DNA of 64,000 bases. Source: a virus. Taxonomy: Duplodnaviria; Heunggongvirae; Uroviricota; Caudoviricetes. The notes below the pieces were generated by a model, which worked only from the letters and a program-made list of their open reading frames with translations, was not told where the DNA came from and ran no database searches. The stretch lies in IMG/VR virus record IMGVR_UViG_3300031576_000029, positions 1 to 64,000 of that record; one strand, 5' to 3'. The translations under genes and the position numbers were made by a program. Shown here piece after piece: positions 47,411 to 57,634 of this stretch. How positions within the stretch are numbered: the first letter of the stretch is position 1; every line of letters begins with the position of its first letter.

Positions 47411-48076
47411 TTAAACTCCATAATAGTTTATACTTGACTCGCCTACAGTTGCATTTGCAGAAACTGCTCTAATACTTATTCGTATTCCAGAGGCAATGAA
47501 GACCGGAACTCTTCCATTTCCTCCTGGAAATACCAAAATTTTTCTAACTTCGGAAGCAGCTGCGCCAGTTCCTAATTCTAATGTTTGACCTGAACTATCA
47601 AATATTTCAATTTCATGAATATCAGCAGATGTAGATGCTACTAATTGAGTCCAAGCAGCAGTAGTAACATTAACAGATGAATAATCGTTTCTTGTTGTAG
47701 TAACAACACTTCTGCCACTTTGAGTCACAGAAATATTCGATTGATCTGAAGCAATTACAACGGGTACAGATGTAGACATTGGTTTTTGTCCCAATGAATT
47801 TAATTTTCCATCTATTGATGATAAAGAAGTATTGCCTGTAGTTTGTAATACTGATGTAGATGCACCAGTTGGTAAAGGTTGAGAGTTTTGAGTAACAACT
47901 ACTGCATTATCAATTCCATCCGATTTAACTTTTGCTCTAGTATCAGAACCTCCATCCTTGATTTCAACGGCACCAATTTCAACATCACTAGTTAAAGCAA
48001 CATTAAGAGAATTACTAGCTTCATCAAAAGCCCTTTGTAATATTTGATTCTGATCTAAATTTGTGCCACTAGGCAT
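47411..48076 (-). CDS. Hypothetical virion protein
   Basis: 221 aa. Confidence 0.4.
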   Translation of the reverse strand: MPSGTNLDQNQILQRAFDEASNSLNVALTSDVEIGAVEIKDGGSDTRAKVKSDGIDNAVVVTQNSQPLPTGASTSVLQTTGNTSLSSIDGKLNSLGQKPMSTSVPVVIASDQSNISVTQSGRSVVTTTRNDYSSVNVTTAAWTQLVASTSADIHEIEIFDSSGQTLELGTGAAASEVRKILVFPGGNGRVPVFIASGIRISIRAVSANATVGESSINYYGV

Positions 48077-48085
48077 AATACACCT

Positions 48086-48550
48086 CTATATAAATAATTT
48101 CACCAATAAGCTAATAAGTAAAACGCTTTCACATAATACAGTTGTTATTAACCATGTGGAAATAGGATTGTAAATTCGATCTGTTCTTTCTATTGAAATA
48201 GGTAAATCTTTGTAAATGATTTTTTCTACTATTTTTTCTACTTCTTTTATTTCAATTTCTTTAATAATTTTAGGTACTTCTATAACTGTTATTTTTTCTT
48301 GTATAATTATGACAGGTTTTTCTATTTCTTTTATTTCTAACTCTTTAATAATAACGGATTTTTCTATTTCTTTGATTTCAACTTTAGGAAATAAATCAAA
48401 TAGATTAGGCTGTTTTTCTCCTACACTATTTAATAAAGAACTAGAATTATTGTTTACAATAACAACACGTTGTGCATCAACAGATTCATCAAATACACGT
48501 TTGTGGATTTGATCAGTATCTAATAATGTTAAGTGTTGATTTTTATTCAC
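48086..48550 (-). CDS. Membrane-anchored protein with KEIEIKE(V/I)EK repeats
   Basis: C-terminal TM. Direct KEIE repeats. GTG start. Confidence 0.35.
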   Translation of the reverse strand: MNKNQHLTLLDTDQIHKRVFDESVDAQRVVIVNNNSSSLLNSVGEKQPNLFDLFPKVEIKEIEKSVIIKELEIKEIEKPVIIIQEKITVIEVPKIIKEIEIKEVEKIVEKIIYKDLPISIERTDRIYNPISTWLITTVLCESVLLISLLVKLFI

Positions 48551-48722
48551 TTTTCATTGCTTTTTTAATACGATTAAAGCGAGGTTTAGGAATATCTGCT
48601 CCAGATTTACGTGCTCGTGATAAAGCTGCAGCTACGGCTTGCTTTTGTGGATATCCTTCTTCCATCATTTTGCGAATATTGGAACTGATTGTTTCTTTTG
48701 AAGTTCCCTTTTTAAGCGGCAT
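48543..48722 (-). CDS. Small basic protein of 59 aa (hand-translated; below the ORF-track cutoff)
   Basis: ATG start and 59 codons. Overlaps the next gene by 8 nt. Confidence 0.3.
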   Translation of the reverse strand: MPLKKGTSKETISSNIRKMMEEGYPQKQAVAAALSRARKSGADIPKPRFNRIKKAMKSE

Positions 48723-48741
48723 TTATTTTTTCCTCTTTATA

Positions 48742-51330
48742 TTAATTTCCAATTCTTTCAATTGAAACATAATTATATATAACCGATGTCTCAATAGTAA
48801 CATCTACTCCACTTACATCTAAACGAATATCTATATAATCTCCAGCAACTAAATTAATTAAATCGGTTCCATTAACTCCTGGATCTAAATCTGCACTCGG
48901 ACTAGCAAACGCAACATAATGATTAAGAATACTTACTACAAATCCGTTTTTATAAAGCTTAAGTTCTGCAATATCTCCAGTATCCCAGTTAGCCGGAGCA
49001 AGTAATCTTAATGTGGAAGAAACTCTATACTTTCCAGAAATAGGAGCTGTGAATTTCCATGCCGCACCCGTAGTAACAGAACCATGTGAATCAAATGATT
49101 TGTCATCAAAATCAATGATTACATCACCAGCAGCAGCTGTTATGGATTGACCAGAATTTGTTTCATATCTTGCAGATACAGTTTCAGAAGGAACAATAAA
49201 TGAATTACCAGATACTTTTTCAAATCCAAATATACTATCACTTGAACTAACTGATGCTCCAGAGTTTCCATATAATTCTACATAATCACTAGCATTTAAT
49301 TGGTATACACGATCAAAAGAGCCAATTGTAATATTTGAGGAATTCAAAGTTGATGCAAATAAGACTATATCAACTACTCCGTTTTTCTTAAAATATCCTT
49401 GAACATTAGTAGTTCCTATTGGATATTTTATAGTTCCAAATACTCTATAAAATCCAGAAATTGGTGCAACAAGTCTCTCATTTGTATCATCAAATACTAA
49501 ATGAGTATCTACTACTTTATCACTTGAAGTAAACGTAATTTTAGTTTCACCATTAACTGTTTGTGAAGAAGTTTTTTGATATTCAGCAACAATAACTCTA
49601 TTATCTTGATCTGCTGATAATTGTACGGGAGTAGACCAACCTAATATTGGAACACATGCACGAAATGCATATACAATATTAGAATTAGATAAAGCAAAAC
49701 TAACAGAAGAAACATTACTTAACAAAGGAGAATCATCACTTACTAATTTTAGTCTTGTTGAATCAAAAGGAATTACATGGGCAAGTCTACTTGTCGTTAA
49801 TTGTCCATCACTAGTATCAGAAACATTACCAAATCCGACTTCTGATTCTGCTGAAGTACCAGATAGATGAATTTTTGATGTATCAATAGAATATCCAGAT
49901 GGTAAAGGAAATAAATAAGTACCAGTGCCAGCAGTTCCTGCTGTAGATTGTTCAAATTCAAAAGAAATTTCCATTGAGTCGCCAACTCTACGCCATCTAG
50001 CATTATTTCTAATAATAGTTCCTGTTGTCGGATTTGCACTAACAGCTTGGATAGCTAAAGTATAACTTATCCAATCAGTTACAGGTACACCTTCAATTAT
50101 TTCTTGAGGACCAACACTAACATTATCAAATTTTAACGTCCATGGATCAACTTCTGTTCTAGCACTATGAAATATTAATCTATATGATTGACTATTAGCA
50201 TTAGTTTGAAAAGTAGAAGCAAATTTACCTTGAAAATCAGCACCAGTTAATAATTTAAACGGAGTGGGTTCAATTGTGATTCCATTAATAACATCATAAA
50301 TATATGCGATTACCGAAGAATCTTGTGTATCACTACCAGCCACCCAACCACTTCCACTTGGTTCATAATCAAATTCTATTGCCAATACTTTAGATTTATC
50401 AGCGCGATCAATAGTAAAAGGAAAACTAATTCCTTGGCCTTGAGCATTACCCACGGGCTTACTCATTAAGAAAGATTGAGTTCCTCTTAATGGACTTGAA
50501 GAAGTTGCTGTTATAGAAATTGTACCAGGTGTGCTAGGATCACCATCGGTTGGTCTAGAACTTACTGGATCTCCATAATCATCCCAACCACCAGTAATTC
50601 CACTTTCTGCATCAGCATTAGCACTTATATAATTAATTCCACCTATACCTGCATTAACTTGTGTTTCGGCTCCTGAGTCATTTTTAAAATATAATTTACC
50701 ATCAGATTTAAAATAGAGTCGTCCAAATCCACTATCCGGAGTTGCTGGAGTTGCTGGAATAACAACTTCAGCCGTTTGAATAAAATCAGTAAATGTTTTA
50801 TTTGAAAGAGATTGAGTATCAGTTTCTCCAACAACGGCTCCGGTTGGAACACTTTTTGTTTGAATAGGAACTCCAGCTCCATCTCTAGTAAAAAATTTAT
50901 TAGGAAATCCAGCGTCTGTTTTTATTGATGTTAGAGCTAAATCTTGAACAGTATTATTATCACCGTCTATTGTTTTATTTGTAAGTATTTGAGTATCAGT
51001 AGTTCCTACTACATCTCCAGTAGGAACTGCTTTATTGACGACAACAATACCTGATCCGTCTCTTTGAATAAATTTATTAGCATTAGGTGCATCAGTTTTT
51101 AAAGTTGTTAGAGCTAAATCTTGAACAGTATTATTATCACCGTCTATTGTTTTATTAGTTAAAATAGCCGATTGAGCTTCTGTTACTAGACTTTGGATAC
51201 TACCATCTGCACGTATTTTAAGTTTCTTATCTGTTGATATAAATTCTAAATCTCCGTCTGTATCACCAGTAGCAGAAGATTTAGGAACTAATTGAAGACC
51301 TTCAAAAATTCTTTTAAAAAAAGAAGCCAT
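48742..51330 (-). CDS. Large fibre/appendage protein (862 aa) with a duplicated N-terminal module
   Basis: QILTNKTIDGDNNTVQDLALT(T/S) appears twice near the N-terminus. The rest is beta-rich. Confidence 0.45.
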   Translation of the reverse strand: MASFFKRIFEGLQLVPKSSATGDTDGDLEFISTDKKLKIRADGSIQSLVTEAQSAILTNKTIDGDNNTVQDLALTTLKTDAPNANKFIQRDGSGIVVVNKAVPTGDVVGTTDTQILTNKTIDGDNNTVQDLALTSIKTDAGFPNKFFTRDGAGVPIQTKSVPTGAVVGETDTQSLSNKTFTDFIQTAEVVIPATPATPDSGFGRLYFKSDGKLYFKNDSGAETQVNAGIGGINYISANADAESGITGGWDDYGDPVSSRPTDGDPSTPGTISITATSSSPLRGTQSFLMSKPVGNAQGQGISFPFTIDRADKSKVLAIEFDYEPSGSGWVAGSDTQDSSVIAYIYDVINGITIEPTPFKLLTGADFQGKFASTFQTNANSQSYRLIFHSARTEVDPWTLKFDNVSVGPQEIIEGVPVTDWISYTLAIQAVSANPTTGTIIRNNARWRRVGDSMEISFEFEQSTAGTAGTGTYLFPLPSGYSIDTSKIHLSGTSAESEVGFGNVSDTSDGQLTTSRLAHVIPFDSTRLKLVSDDSPLLSNVSSVSFALSNSNIVYAFRACVPILGWSTPVQLSADQDNRVIVAEYQKTSSQTVNGETKITFTSSDKVVDTHLVFDDTNERLVAPISGFYRVFGTIKYPIGTTNVQGYFKKNGVVDIVLFASTLNSSNITIGSFDRVYQLNASDYVELYGNSGASVSSSDSIFGFEKVSGNSFIVPSETVSARYETNSGQSITAAAGDVIIDFDDKSFDSHGSVTTGAAWKFTAPISGKYRVSSTLRLLAPANWDTGDIAELKLYKNGFVVSILNHYVAFASPSADLDPGVNGTDLINLVAGDYIDIRLDVSGVDVTIETSVIYNYVSIERIGN

Positions 51331-51801
51331 TTAAACCTGTTGTAAAGCCGTTGCGGCAAATGTTATTTTGCCTGTATGTCCTGTTCCAGCTAATGTTGTT
51401 GTAGTAAATTTAACTTGACCATTGCTATCTATTGTAAAGGTTATTTTACCATCCCCAACTGCTTCCCTGTCAAATTCCCAAGATGTTCCATTAAAAATGG
51501 TTTTAATTAATCCTGCCTCAAAAGCTGAAGTTGAATTAGTAGTTCTTGCTACTGTATATCGTATAAAAGCTCCGCGTACTAAACTATTAGGAAATTGAAG
51601 ATTTGATATTGTTACATTAGTACCGGGATTAAAGCTATCTATTGTAAATGATTGGGGAGCTATATCATTAGGACCAGCGGCAGTTGTTAAAGCAGTTTCA
51701 ACAGCTTGAGCAAACTCAACTATTGCAGCAGCCCAATTTGGAGATTCTCCAGATGTTGGAAACTCCAAGGAAGTCCCCTGTATGGTAATGGTTACAGACA
51801 T
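51331..51801 (-). CDS. Hypothetical virion protein
   Basis: 156 aa. Confidence 0.4.
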   Translation of the reverse strand: MSVTITIQGTSLEFPTSGESPNWAAAIVEFAQAVETALTTAAGPNDIAPQSFTIDSFNPGTNVTISNLQFPNSLVRGAFIRYTVARTTNSTSAFEAGLIKTIFNGTSWEFDREAVGDGKITFTIDSNGQVKFTTTTLAGTGHTGKITFAATALQQV

Positions 51802-52502
51802 TCGATTTTACATCCCTTTTTCCAATTATCTTTATCCCATAAGGGTTGTAAATTGGTATAATGACAGAGTTTGTAAATTTCTTCATCTGTTTTTGCTGAA
51901 GATAAAGGAATTATATGGTCAATATGCCATTTTCCTATATTATCCCAAGACATACCATTATGAAATTTTTGTTCTAAGTATTGTTTTAAAAATTGGGGTG
52001 TACAATATGTATATTCATCAAATTTATATATTTTTTTATTGTGCAAAAAACAACGTATTCTATTACGTAATTTTTTCTTCAAATTAAATAATATATCTTC
52101 ATGATATTTTTTATTTTCGTAATATCGAATTTTAGATCTGTATTTTTTTCGATATTCCTTTTTTCTAAGTCGAATTATATCATGATGACGATAATAAAAA
52201 GATCTACTAATAAGTTTTCTCTTTGTCCTATTATTCTCAGTCCATTTTTTATTATTTAATTTAATTTTCTCTATATAGAAAGGATTATGCTTATTTTTCA
52301 AGTACCATAAGTGTTTTTGTAATTTAATCTTCGTTAGATTTTTAAAGGTATACTGTTTTGTGCTTTTTTTACAACACTCCCGACAATAACCGCTTAATCC
52401 ATCTGCCTTGGACTTATCTATATAGTAATAAGACGCATTTAAGGCGTATTTGCATTTAGAACACGTTTTTATATAAGTAAAGTCTTGAATAGAAACAGAC
52501 AT
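51792..52502 (-). CDS. Free-standing HNH homing endonuclease with N-terminal Cys cluster
   Basis: GKWHIDHIIPLS...N.QPL...N. Inserted between structural genes. Confidence 0.6.
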   Translation of the reverse strand: MSVSIQDFTYIKTCSKCKYALNASYYYIDKSKADGLSGYCRECCKKSTKQYTFKNLTKIKLQKHLWYLKNKHNPFYIEKIKLNNKKWTENNRTKRKLISRSFYYRHHDIIRLRKKEYRKKYRSKIRYYENKKYHEDILFNLKKKLRNRIRCFLHNKKIYKFDEYTYCTPQFLKQYLEQKFHNGMSWDNIGKWHIDHIIPLSSAKTDEEIYKLCHYTNLQPLWDKDNWKKGCKIECL

Positions 52503-52516
52503 AGGTATACCTGTTA

Positions 52517-52527
52517 ATAGTTGTTAA
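52517..52527 (-). promoter_or_regulatory. Late motif copy 3
   Basis: 15 nt upstream of the ATG of the HNH gene. Confidence 0.35.
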
Positions 52528-52608
52528 ATGTCTGATATTAAGAAAATAAGGAAAAAAAGATAAAAAAATAGAGGAGCCAGAAACCTAACTCCTCTATTTA
52601 ATTAGCAA

Positions 52609-53832
52609 TTATGCTGAATTTACGATATCTTTAATTAACGTATTTTTTCCAGGTGCCATGCAGAATAGAGCTTGATCGCTATAAAGTCTCAATTCATATG
52701 CAGCGGAATTCTCCACATCTCGGAAGAATTCTTCACCTTGGCCAGGACGCTTAAAGGTCATATCAGATGAACCGACACGATACCAGTCTTCTAGTGATAG
52801 AAGATATGCATACCCTTCTTTTACGTAAATACTTGGGATGATTTCAATAGGTCCATTTTGTGAATGGAAAAGAAGTGATTCAGACCCAGTTTCTGCTACA
52901 GACGATTTATAACTAGAATCATATTGTCGAAGAGCAGCTTGATCTGATAACATATTAGCCCATGCTCTAGGATTACAGAAAGCAAGAACTCTGCCATCTA
53001 AACCCTTTTCAACGGCTCTTGAAGAAGCTAGATTAAGTTTAGTAAAACTCAGTGCAGCTGAACTCGCAGAGAACTCATTGCCTTTGAATAGGTTATATGT
53101 AGCAGTATCAATATTAAATAGCGTACCAGTTGAAGTGAGGATTTTATGAACTCCAGGGAATTCATTTCCAAACGCACCAGAATGCCAAATAACATCAGTT
53201 GCTATTGTTCCAGGAACTGCCGTTTGTAATTTGACAACTCGTGTATCCATATTAACAGACTTAACTACCGAAGTACCACGAGAAGTAGTACCAGCAGTAT
53301 CACGAATTTCAACAGGCATTCCTTCGGCTCCTGCCCAAATTCCAGGTCCCCATTCCGCAGTAGTAATGGTAAGATCTGCACCAGAAACAGAAGCAACTAC
53401 GCCATAACCCATTTGACCATAGAACATCTCAATCTCAAGCTTTTTAGCCATTGATCGGAGCATATTAGCTACTAAAAATTTAGTAGCATCCATAAAGGCT
53501 TTTGAACCACCAAGAGCAGCTCGACTGGCTGATGTATAGCCTAGAAGGGATCTCATAACCACTGGATTACCTTTTACTTGTGCATCCTTAATGACACCAG
53601 CTACTGGCGGATTAAGATTAAATGCGTCTTCATCTGAAGAAGCAAAAGTAACACCATGTTCCATACCAAGAATAACAGGCTGATGATAAAGATTACCAGG
53701 CTGTCTTTCTTTAGACATAAATTTAATTCTATTTAATAGTTTAACTCCATCGGGAATCAATTCAGCAAGCTTTTCAGCATAAGCTTCCTTGAAAAACCCA
53801 TTAAGAGTTTGTATTGAATTTGCAGTACTCAT
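52609..53832 (-). CDS. Putative major capsid protein
   Basis: 407 aa, downstream of a scaffold-like acidic protein. Assigned by position and size only. Confidence 0.4.
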   Translation of the reverse strand: MSTANSIQTLNGFFKEAYAEKLAELIPDGVKLLNRIKFMSKERQPGNLYHQPVILGMEHGVTFASSDEDAFNLNPPVAGVIKDAQVKGNPVVMRSLLGYTSASRAALGGSKAFMDATKFLVANMLRSMAKKLEIEMFYGQMGYGVVASVSGADLTITTAEWGPGIWAGAEGMPVEIRDTAGTTSRGTSVVKSVNMDTRVVKLQTAVPGTIATDVIWHSGAFGNEFPGVHKILTSTGTLFNIDTATYNLFKGNEFSASSAALSFTKLNLASSRAVEKGLDGRVLAFCNPRAWANMLSDQAALRQYDSSYKSSVAETGSESLLFHSQNGPIEIIPSIYVKEGYAYLLSLEDWYRVGSSDMTFKRPGQGEEFFRDVENSAAYELRLYSDQALFCMAPGKNTLIKDIVNSA

Positions 53833-53844
53833 ATTTATCTCCTA

Positions 53845-54309
53845 TTAACTCTGCTCATCCACTACATAGTGAACTTCAAGAGCTGCTCGATAATCGCCAG
53901 CAGAAAGATCTACTGCACTATCAATATCAAGAACAATCTTGTCACTATTAGCAGAAAGCCCTGTAGTATTAGCTAATGTACAGCCAATAACTTCAGGTGA
54001 ATCTTGTCGCACTGCTTTTGCAGACACAATTCGTTTAACTTTTTCACCAACTTTGATTAAAGCAGAATACTTGCCAGCCGCATTACTTGGGGCGACAGTC
54101 GTTGGAGATGCTTCACCTGAATCAAGCGCACCAGTTGAAGATGAAATATCATTAACTCCTTCTGTTTTTAGAAAGAGAACTGAAGGATCATCTGGTCTAT
54201 GTAGGACGTTTGCAGGAGTTGCATTGCCATCAATAAAGAAATGACAATAAAGGGATTGTACTTTAAGTTGTACGCCCTTTGGTTGTTCATTTTTTGCTTC
54301 GTAAGGCAT
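53845..54309 (-). CDS. Hypothetical head protein
   Basis: 154 aa. Confidence 0.35.
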   Translation of the reverse strand: MPYEAKNEQPKGVQLKVQSLYCHFFIDGNATPANVLHRPDDPSVLFLKTEGVNDISSSTGALDSGEASPTTVAPSNAAGKYSALIKVGEKVKRIVSAKAVRQDSPEVIGCTLANTTGLSANSDKIVLDIDSAVDLSAGDYRAALEVHYVVDEQS

Positions 54310-54457
54310 TGTGAATATCCTTTTAAATAATGTTATGTAAAAGCACTATGCTTCTACTTTGTGTTTGCATTATTTATTTCTATTACGATATCCACGCCCT
54401 TTAGGAGGTAACGCAGAGTCTATTGGTAGAACGTTAAATGCTAAAACTTTTCTATAA

Positions 54458-54468
54458 ATAGTTGTTAA
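54458..54468 (-). promoter_or_regulatory. Late motif copy 4
   Basis: Lies in the 212-nt gap upstream of 53845..54309. Confidence 0.35.
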
Positions 54469-54521
54469 TTTTACAGTATTTCATTTTCAACTATTTGTAA
54501 ACTATTGAAATTTATAATAAA

Positions 54522-55523
54522 TTACACTCCGAAAAAATCTTTAAATGTCTGTTTTGATTTACCATCAACTTTTTGCTCTGTCTTTTTTCCAGTATCCACC
54601 AAAGCTTTATTTACTGGAGTTGGTGGAGTACCTTTTTCTTTAGCCTTTGCTACATTCTTTTTTCTCATTCTTGTAAGAATATCTTTCCCGATAATTTGTT
54701 CAATAACTTCATCTGGCATAAGACCAAACATTTCTTTTAAATCTTTATGCATTTCTTCTTTAACTAGAGGAATGATATCTTGCGGTTCAACATTTAATCC
54801 TTGTTGTAAGCCAAGAAGCATATAATCAGCAATCTTTTTTACAGTATAAGGAGTTTTAGGAAGATCTGATTTAGAAAGAGCATCACTAATCAGAACATCG
54901 TAACGTTCATATTCTTGATCTTGTAAACGAGCAAATTCTCTTTTCTCATATTCTGATTTCTCACGTTCTCGTTCTTCTTTTTCAGCCTTTAATTCTGCTT
55001 GTAATTTTTCTTTTTCTAATTGTTCCGGACTTTTTTGACTATCAACAATATCCTTTTCAATTACTTTTGCTGCTAGTTTTTTTAAGTCAATTCCTAGAGA
55101 AGGATCTGATAATATAGATTCAGGATCAGCTTTAAGTTGTTTTATAAAATCAGAAACTTCTTTTTCTAAATCTTTATATTGCTGCGCTCTTGTTTGACCC
55201 ATCTTCGAAAGTTGTAAATGACGAGTTAGGTAATCTACAACTTGTGGGTCATCTGGAATATCAAAAGGAAGTTCTTCTTCATATTCTTTTTGATCAATTT
55301 TTAATTTTAATTTATTGAGAAATTTAATTTCTTCAACATCTTCTTTAGTAAGATCTTCTGGATCTTTACTAGTAAGTTCTTCTAACTTTTCATCTACAGC
55401 TTCAGCTGAAGAAGTTTCTGCAGATGTATCTATAGAAGCATCTACTGCTTCAGTAGTTTCAACTGTTTCAGTTGGAGAGGTTGAAGTTGGTTGTGATTGA
55501 GATGAGACGGGATTCGTTGACAT
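54522..55523 (-). CDS. Acidic coiled-coil protein, scaffold-like
   Basis: 333 aa, rich in E/D/K. Confidence 0.4.
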   Translation of the reverse strand: MSTNPVSSQSQPTSTSPTETVETTEAVDASIDTSAETSSAEAVDEKLEELTSKDPEDLTKEDVEEIKFLNKLKLKIDQKEYEEELPFDIPDDPQVVDYLTRHLQLSKMGQTRAQQYKDLEKEVSDFIKQLKADPESILSDPSLGIDLKKLAAKVIEKDIVDSQKSPEQLEKEKLQAELKAEKEEREREKSEYEKREFARLQDQEYERYDVLISDALSKSDLPKTPYTVKKIADYMLLGLQQGLNVEPQDIIPLVKEEMHKDLKEMFGLMPDEVIEQIIGKDILTRMRKKNVAKAKEKGTPPTPVNKALVDTGKKTEQKVDGKSKQTFKDFFGV

Positions 55524-55596
55524 ATTTACTCCTTTAAATTAGTCCTTTCGGATATAATTAAAGCGATCCGTCACAATGATAGGATCGTTTGAATTA

Positions 55597-55773
55597 TTAT
55601 TTACTTTCTTTTTTTCCCTTAACTGATAATTGAGTCATCTTTTTTGTACCATATTTTTTGCGCCCAATCCAAGCAGCTAAAGCAGCAGGAGATCTAGCAC
55701 CACGTTTTGCAAGCTTTTCTTGTAATGCTTTGAAACGTTCACCAGATCCAAGTTTTGGTTTGTTGTCTGCCAT
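55597..55773 (-). CDS. Small basic protein of 58 aa (hand-translated): MADNKPKLGSGERFKALQEKLAKRGARSPAALAAWIGRKKYGTKKMTQLSVKGKKESK
   Basis: Clean ATG-to-TAA ORF, with the late motif 80 nt upstream. Confidence 0.35.
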   Translation of the reverse strand: MADNKPKLGSGERFKALQEKLAKRGARSPAALAAWIGRKKYGTKKMTQLSVKGKKESK

Positions 55774-55852
55774 ATATTAGTTCCTAATGGAATGTAATTT
55801 ATTTAAACCGTCCACAATGGATAGGTTTATTTTACTAGCTATTTCACCAATA

Positions 55853-55863
55853 ATAGTTGTTAA
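55853..55863 (-). promoter_or_regulatory. Late motif copy 5
   Basis: 80 nt upstream of the 58-aa ORF. Confidence 0.35.
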
Positions 55864-56016
55864 ATAAGAATTAAACTATTTTTCCTTTAGTACTTTATGT
55901 CTAAATAACTTTTTTATCCGTTTCCAATATTTAGAATCAGTAGGAGATATTAAATTTTTAGCATAAGTTTCTTTAAATAATGGTTTTAAAGAAGCATATA
56001 TATTAGCTACAGCCAA

Positions 56017-56310
56017 TTATATACCCCTTGGACGCTTTCTAAATCTTTCTAAAAGTTCTAATTCTTCTGGAGTAGGTTCATAACTTTTTGATATTCCTTC
56101 ACTTATTGGTTCTTCATAAACTCTAGGAATTGGAGCTACATATGTTTCACCTAAGCGACCACCAGGAACTGGAGTCACAAATGGAGCATATCCTTCAGGT
56201 GCAGGAATGTCTAAAGTTTCTTCTGGCCCAATTGTATATCCTTCCGGAACATCTGGAACTGGTTTTGCTGGCATTCCCACTAACTCTTTTAATTTACGAA
56301 ATTTTGGCAT
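56017..56310 (-). CDS. Pro-rich hypothetical protein
   Basis: 97 aa. Confidence 0.35.
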   Translation of the reverse strand: MPKFRKLKELVGMPAKPVPDVPEGYTIGPEETLDIPAPEGYAPFVTPVPGGRLGETYVAPIPRVYEEPISEGISKSYEPTPEELELLERFRKRPRGI

Positions 56311-56312
56311 AA

Positions 56313-56678
56313 TTATTGTTTCCTATATCTTTGAAAATATTGTGGAATAAACTCACCAATAGGTATCTCAGCTTCTTGAGCTTGTTTTGCTATTTCTGAA
56401 GCCAATCCTTCTGCTCCTGGCTGTTGTAAAGCTAATTCATATTTACCTATTTCTATTAAATCACGAATTAATTTTCGTTGATCCATTATCATTAATGGAT
56501 CTTTCGCATCAACTTGACTTCCGAAACGAATAGAAGGAATTGTTTCAGCAGGCAAAGGTCCTTGGCCTAAACCTGGATTTAAACGTTTTATTTTATTCTC
56601 AGTGCTTATTTTGGCTATTTTTCTTTTTGACACGATGTTAGATTCTTCTAAGGCTTTTTTTGCATCCCATTTCGACAT
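56313..56678 (-). CDS. Hypothetical protein
   Basis: 121 aa. Confidence 0.4.
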   Translation of the reverse strand: MSKWDAKKALEESNIVSKRKIAKISTENKIKRLNPGLGQGPLPAETIPSIRFGSQVDAKDPLMIMDQRKLIRDLIEIGKYELALQQPGAEGLASEIAKQAQEAEIPIGEFIPQYFQRYRKQ

Positions 56679-56688
56679 ATTTTTCTCC

Positions 56689-57333
56689 TTAATAAATACT
56701 TAAAAATTCTTTAATATCTTTTAATGGAACAAAAAATCCATAATTAGTTCGTGTATCAACAGCACGACTTAATCCTACTATATCACCAAAATCATTTACC
56801 GCAGGACTTCCAGAACTTCCTGGAAATACAAAAATATTTGATATATATTCATCTATCTCATCTTCTTTTATAAGAGAAAGAAATTCACCCACTGTAGTAT
56901 TTTGTGGACCAAGATAGGGATATCCAATTACTGTATAAACTTTATTTAAATTAACACTATTTGCAAGATTTAATCCTGATCTATCATTAAGAGCTTCTAC
57001 TAAACATAAATCAGTAACTTCGGAAAGTTCAATAATATGTCTTTTTATATATCTTTTTGATGCATATTCTATCAAAACTGAATTATCATCCTGTGCTACA
57101 TATTCACAAACATGAGAATTTGTTAAAATATATGTATTTCCGGAAGGAGAATTAATATAAACTCCAGTTCCGCCGCCGCTTTTTGCTGGATTAAAAATTC
57201 GTACGGTTTTGGAACCTACTTTATTATGAAGATAAATATATTGCCAATCAGGAACTTTGTAAGATAAAAATAGCATTATTGTTATTAAAGTTAAGATTCG
57301 TAGAATTTTTTTCAAAACAGTTTTAAACCACAT
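56689..57333 (-). CDS. Membrane-anchored trypsin-like (S1) serine protease
   Basis: N-terminal TM; TNSHVC (His), DLCLVEA (Asp), PGSSGSPAVN (Ser). Confidence 0.6.
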   Translation of the reverse strand: MWFKTVLKKILRILTLITIMLFLSYKVPDWQYIYLHNKVGSKTVRIFNPAKSGGGTGVYINSPSGNTYILTNSHVCEYVAQDDNSVLIEYASKRYIKRHIIELSEVTDLCLVEALNDRSGLNLANSVNLNKVYTVIGYPYLGPQNTTVGEFLSLIKEDEIDEYISNIFVFPGSSGSPAVNDFGDIVGLSRAVDTRTNYGFFVPLKDIKEFLSIY

Positions 57334-57334
57334 A

Positions 57335-57520
57335 CTAGTATTTTTTCTCTTGTTGTTGAGATTGCAATAAAGTAATTCTCTCTAAAGCAGCTTCTTTTGC
57401 TTTTCTTCTCATTTCTTCTTCTGCAGCTAAACGAGCTTGTTCCTGTTCCGTACCAAAAAATTGCATTTGTTGAATCTCTTCCTCGGATTTTTTAGAACCA
57501 TTTTGTCGGATTAAGGGCAT
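57335..57520 (-). CDS. Small hypothetical protein
   Basis: 61 aa. Confidence 0.3.
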   Translation of the reverse strand: MPLIRQNGSKKSEEEIQQMQFFGTEQEQARLAAEEEMRRKAKEAALERITLLQSQQQEKKY

Positions 57521-57634
57521 ATAACATCCTCATAATGGTTAAAAGTAAACATATATTCAAGATCATACTCATTCTAAATAGCCAAATTTGATTACGTAAT
57601 GGCTTATATCTTTCTTGATTTTTGAACGTTACTT

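Noticed and set aside
53939-54244. Plus-strand 101-aa ORF inside the head gene 53845..54309
   Set aside because: It is antisense overlap with a co-directional late gene.
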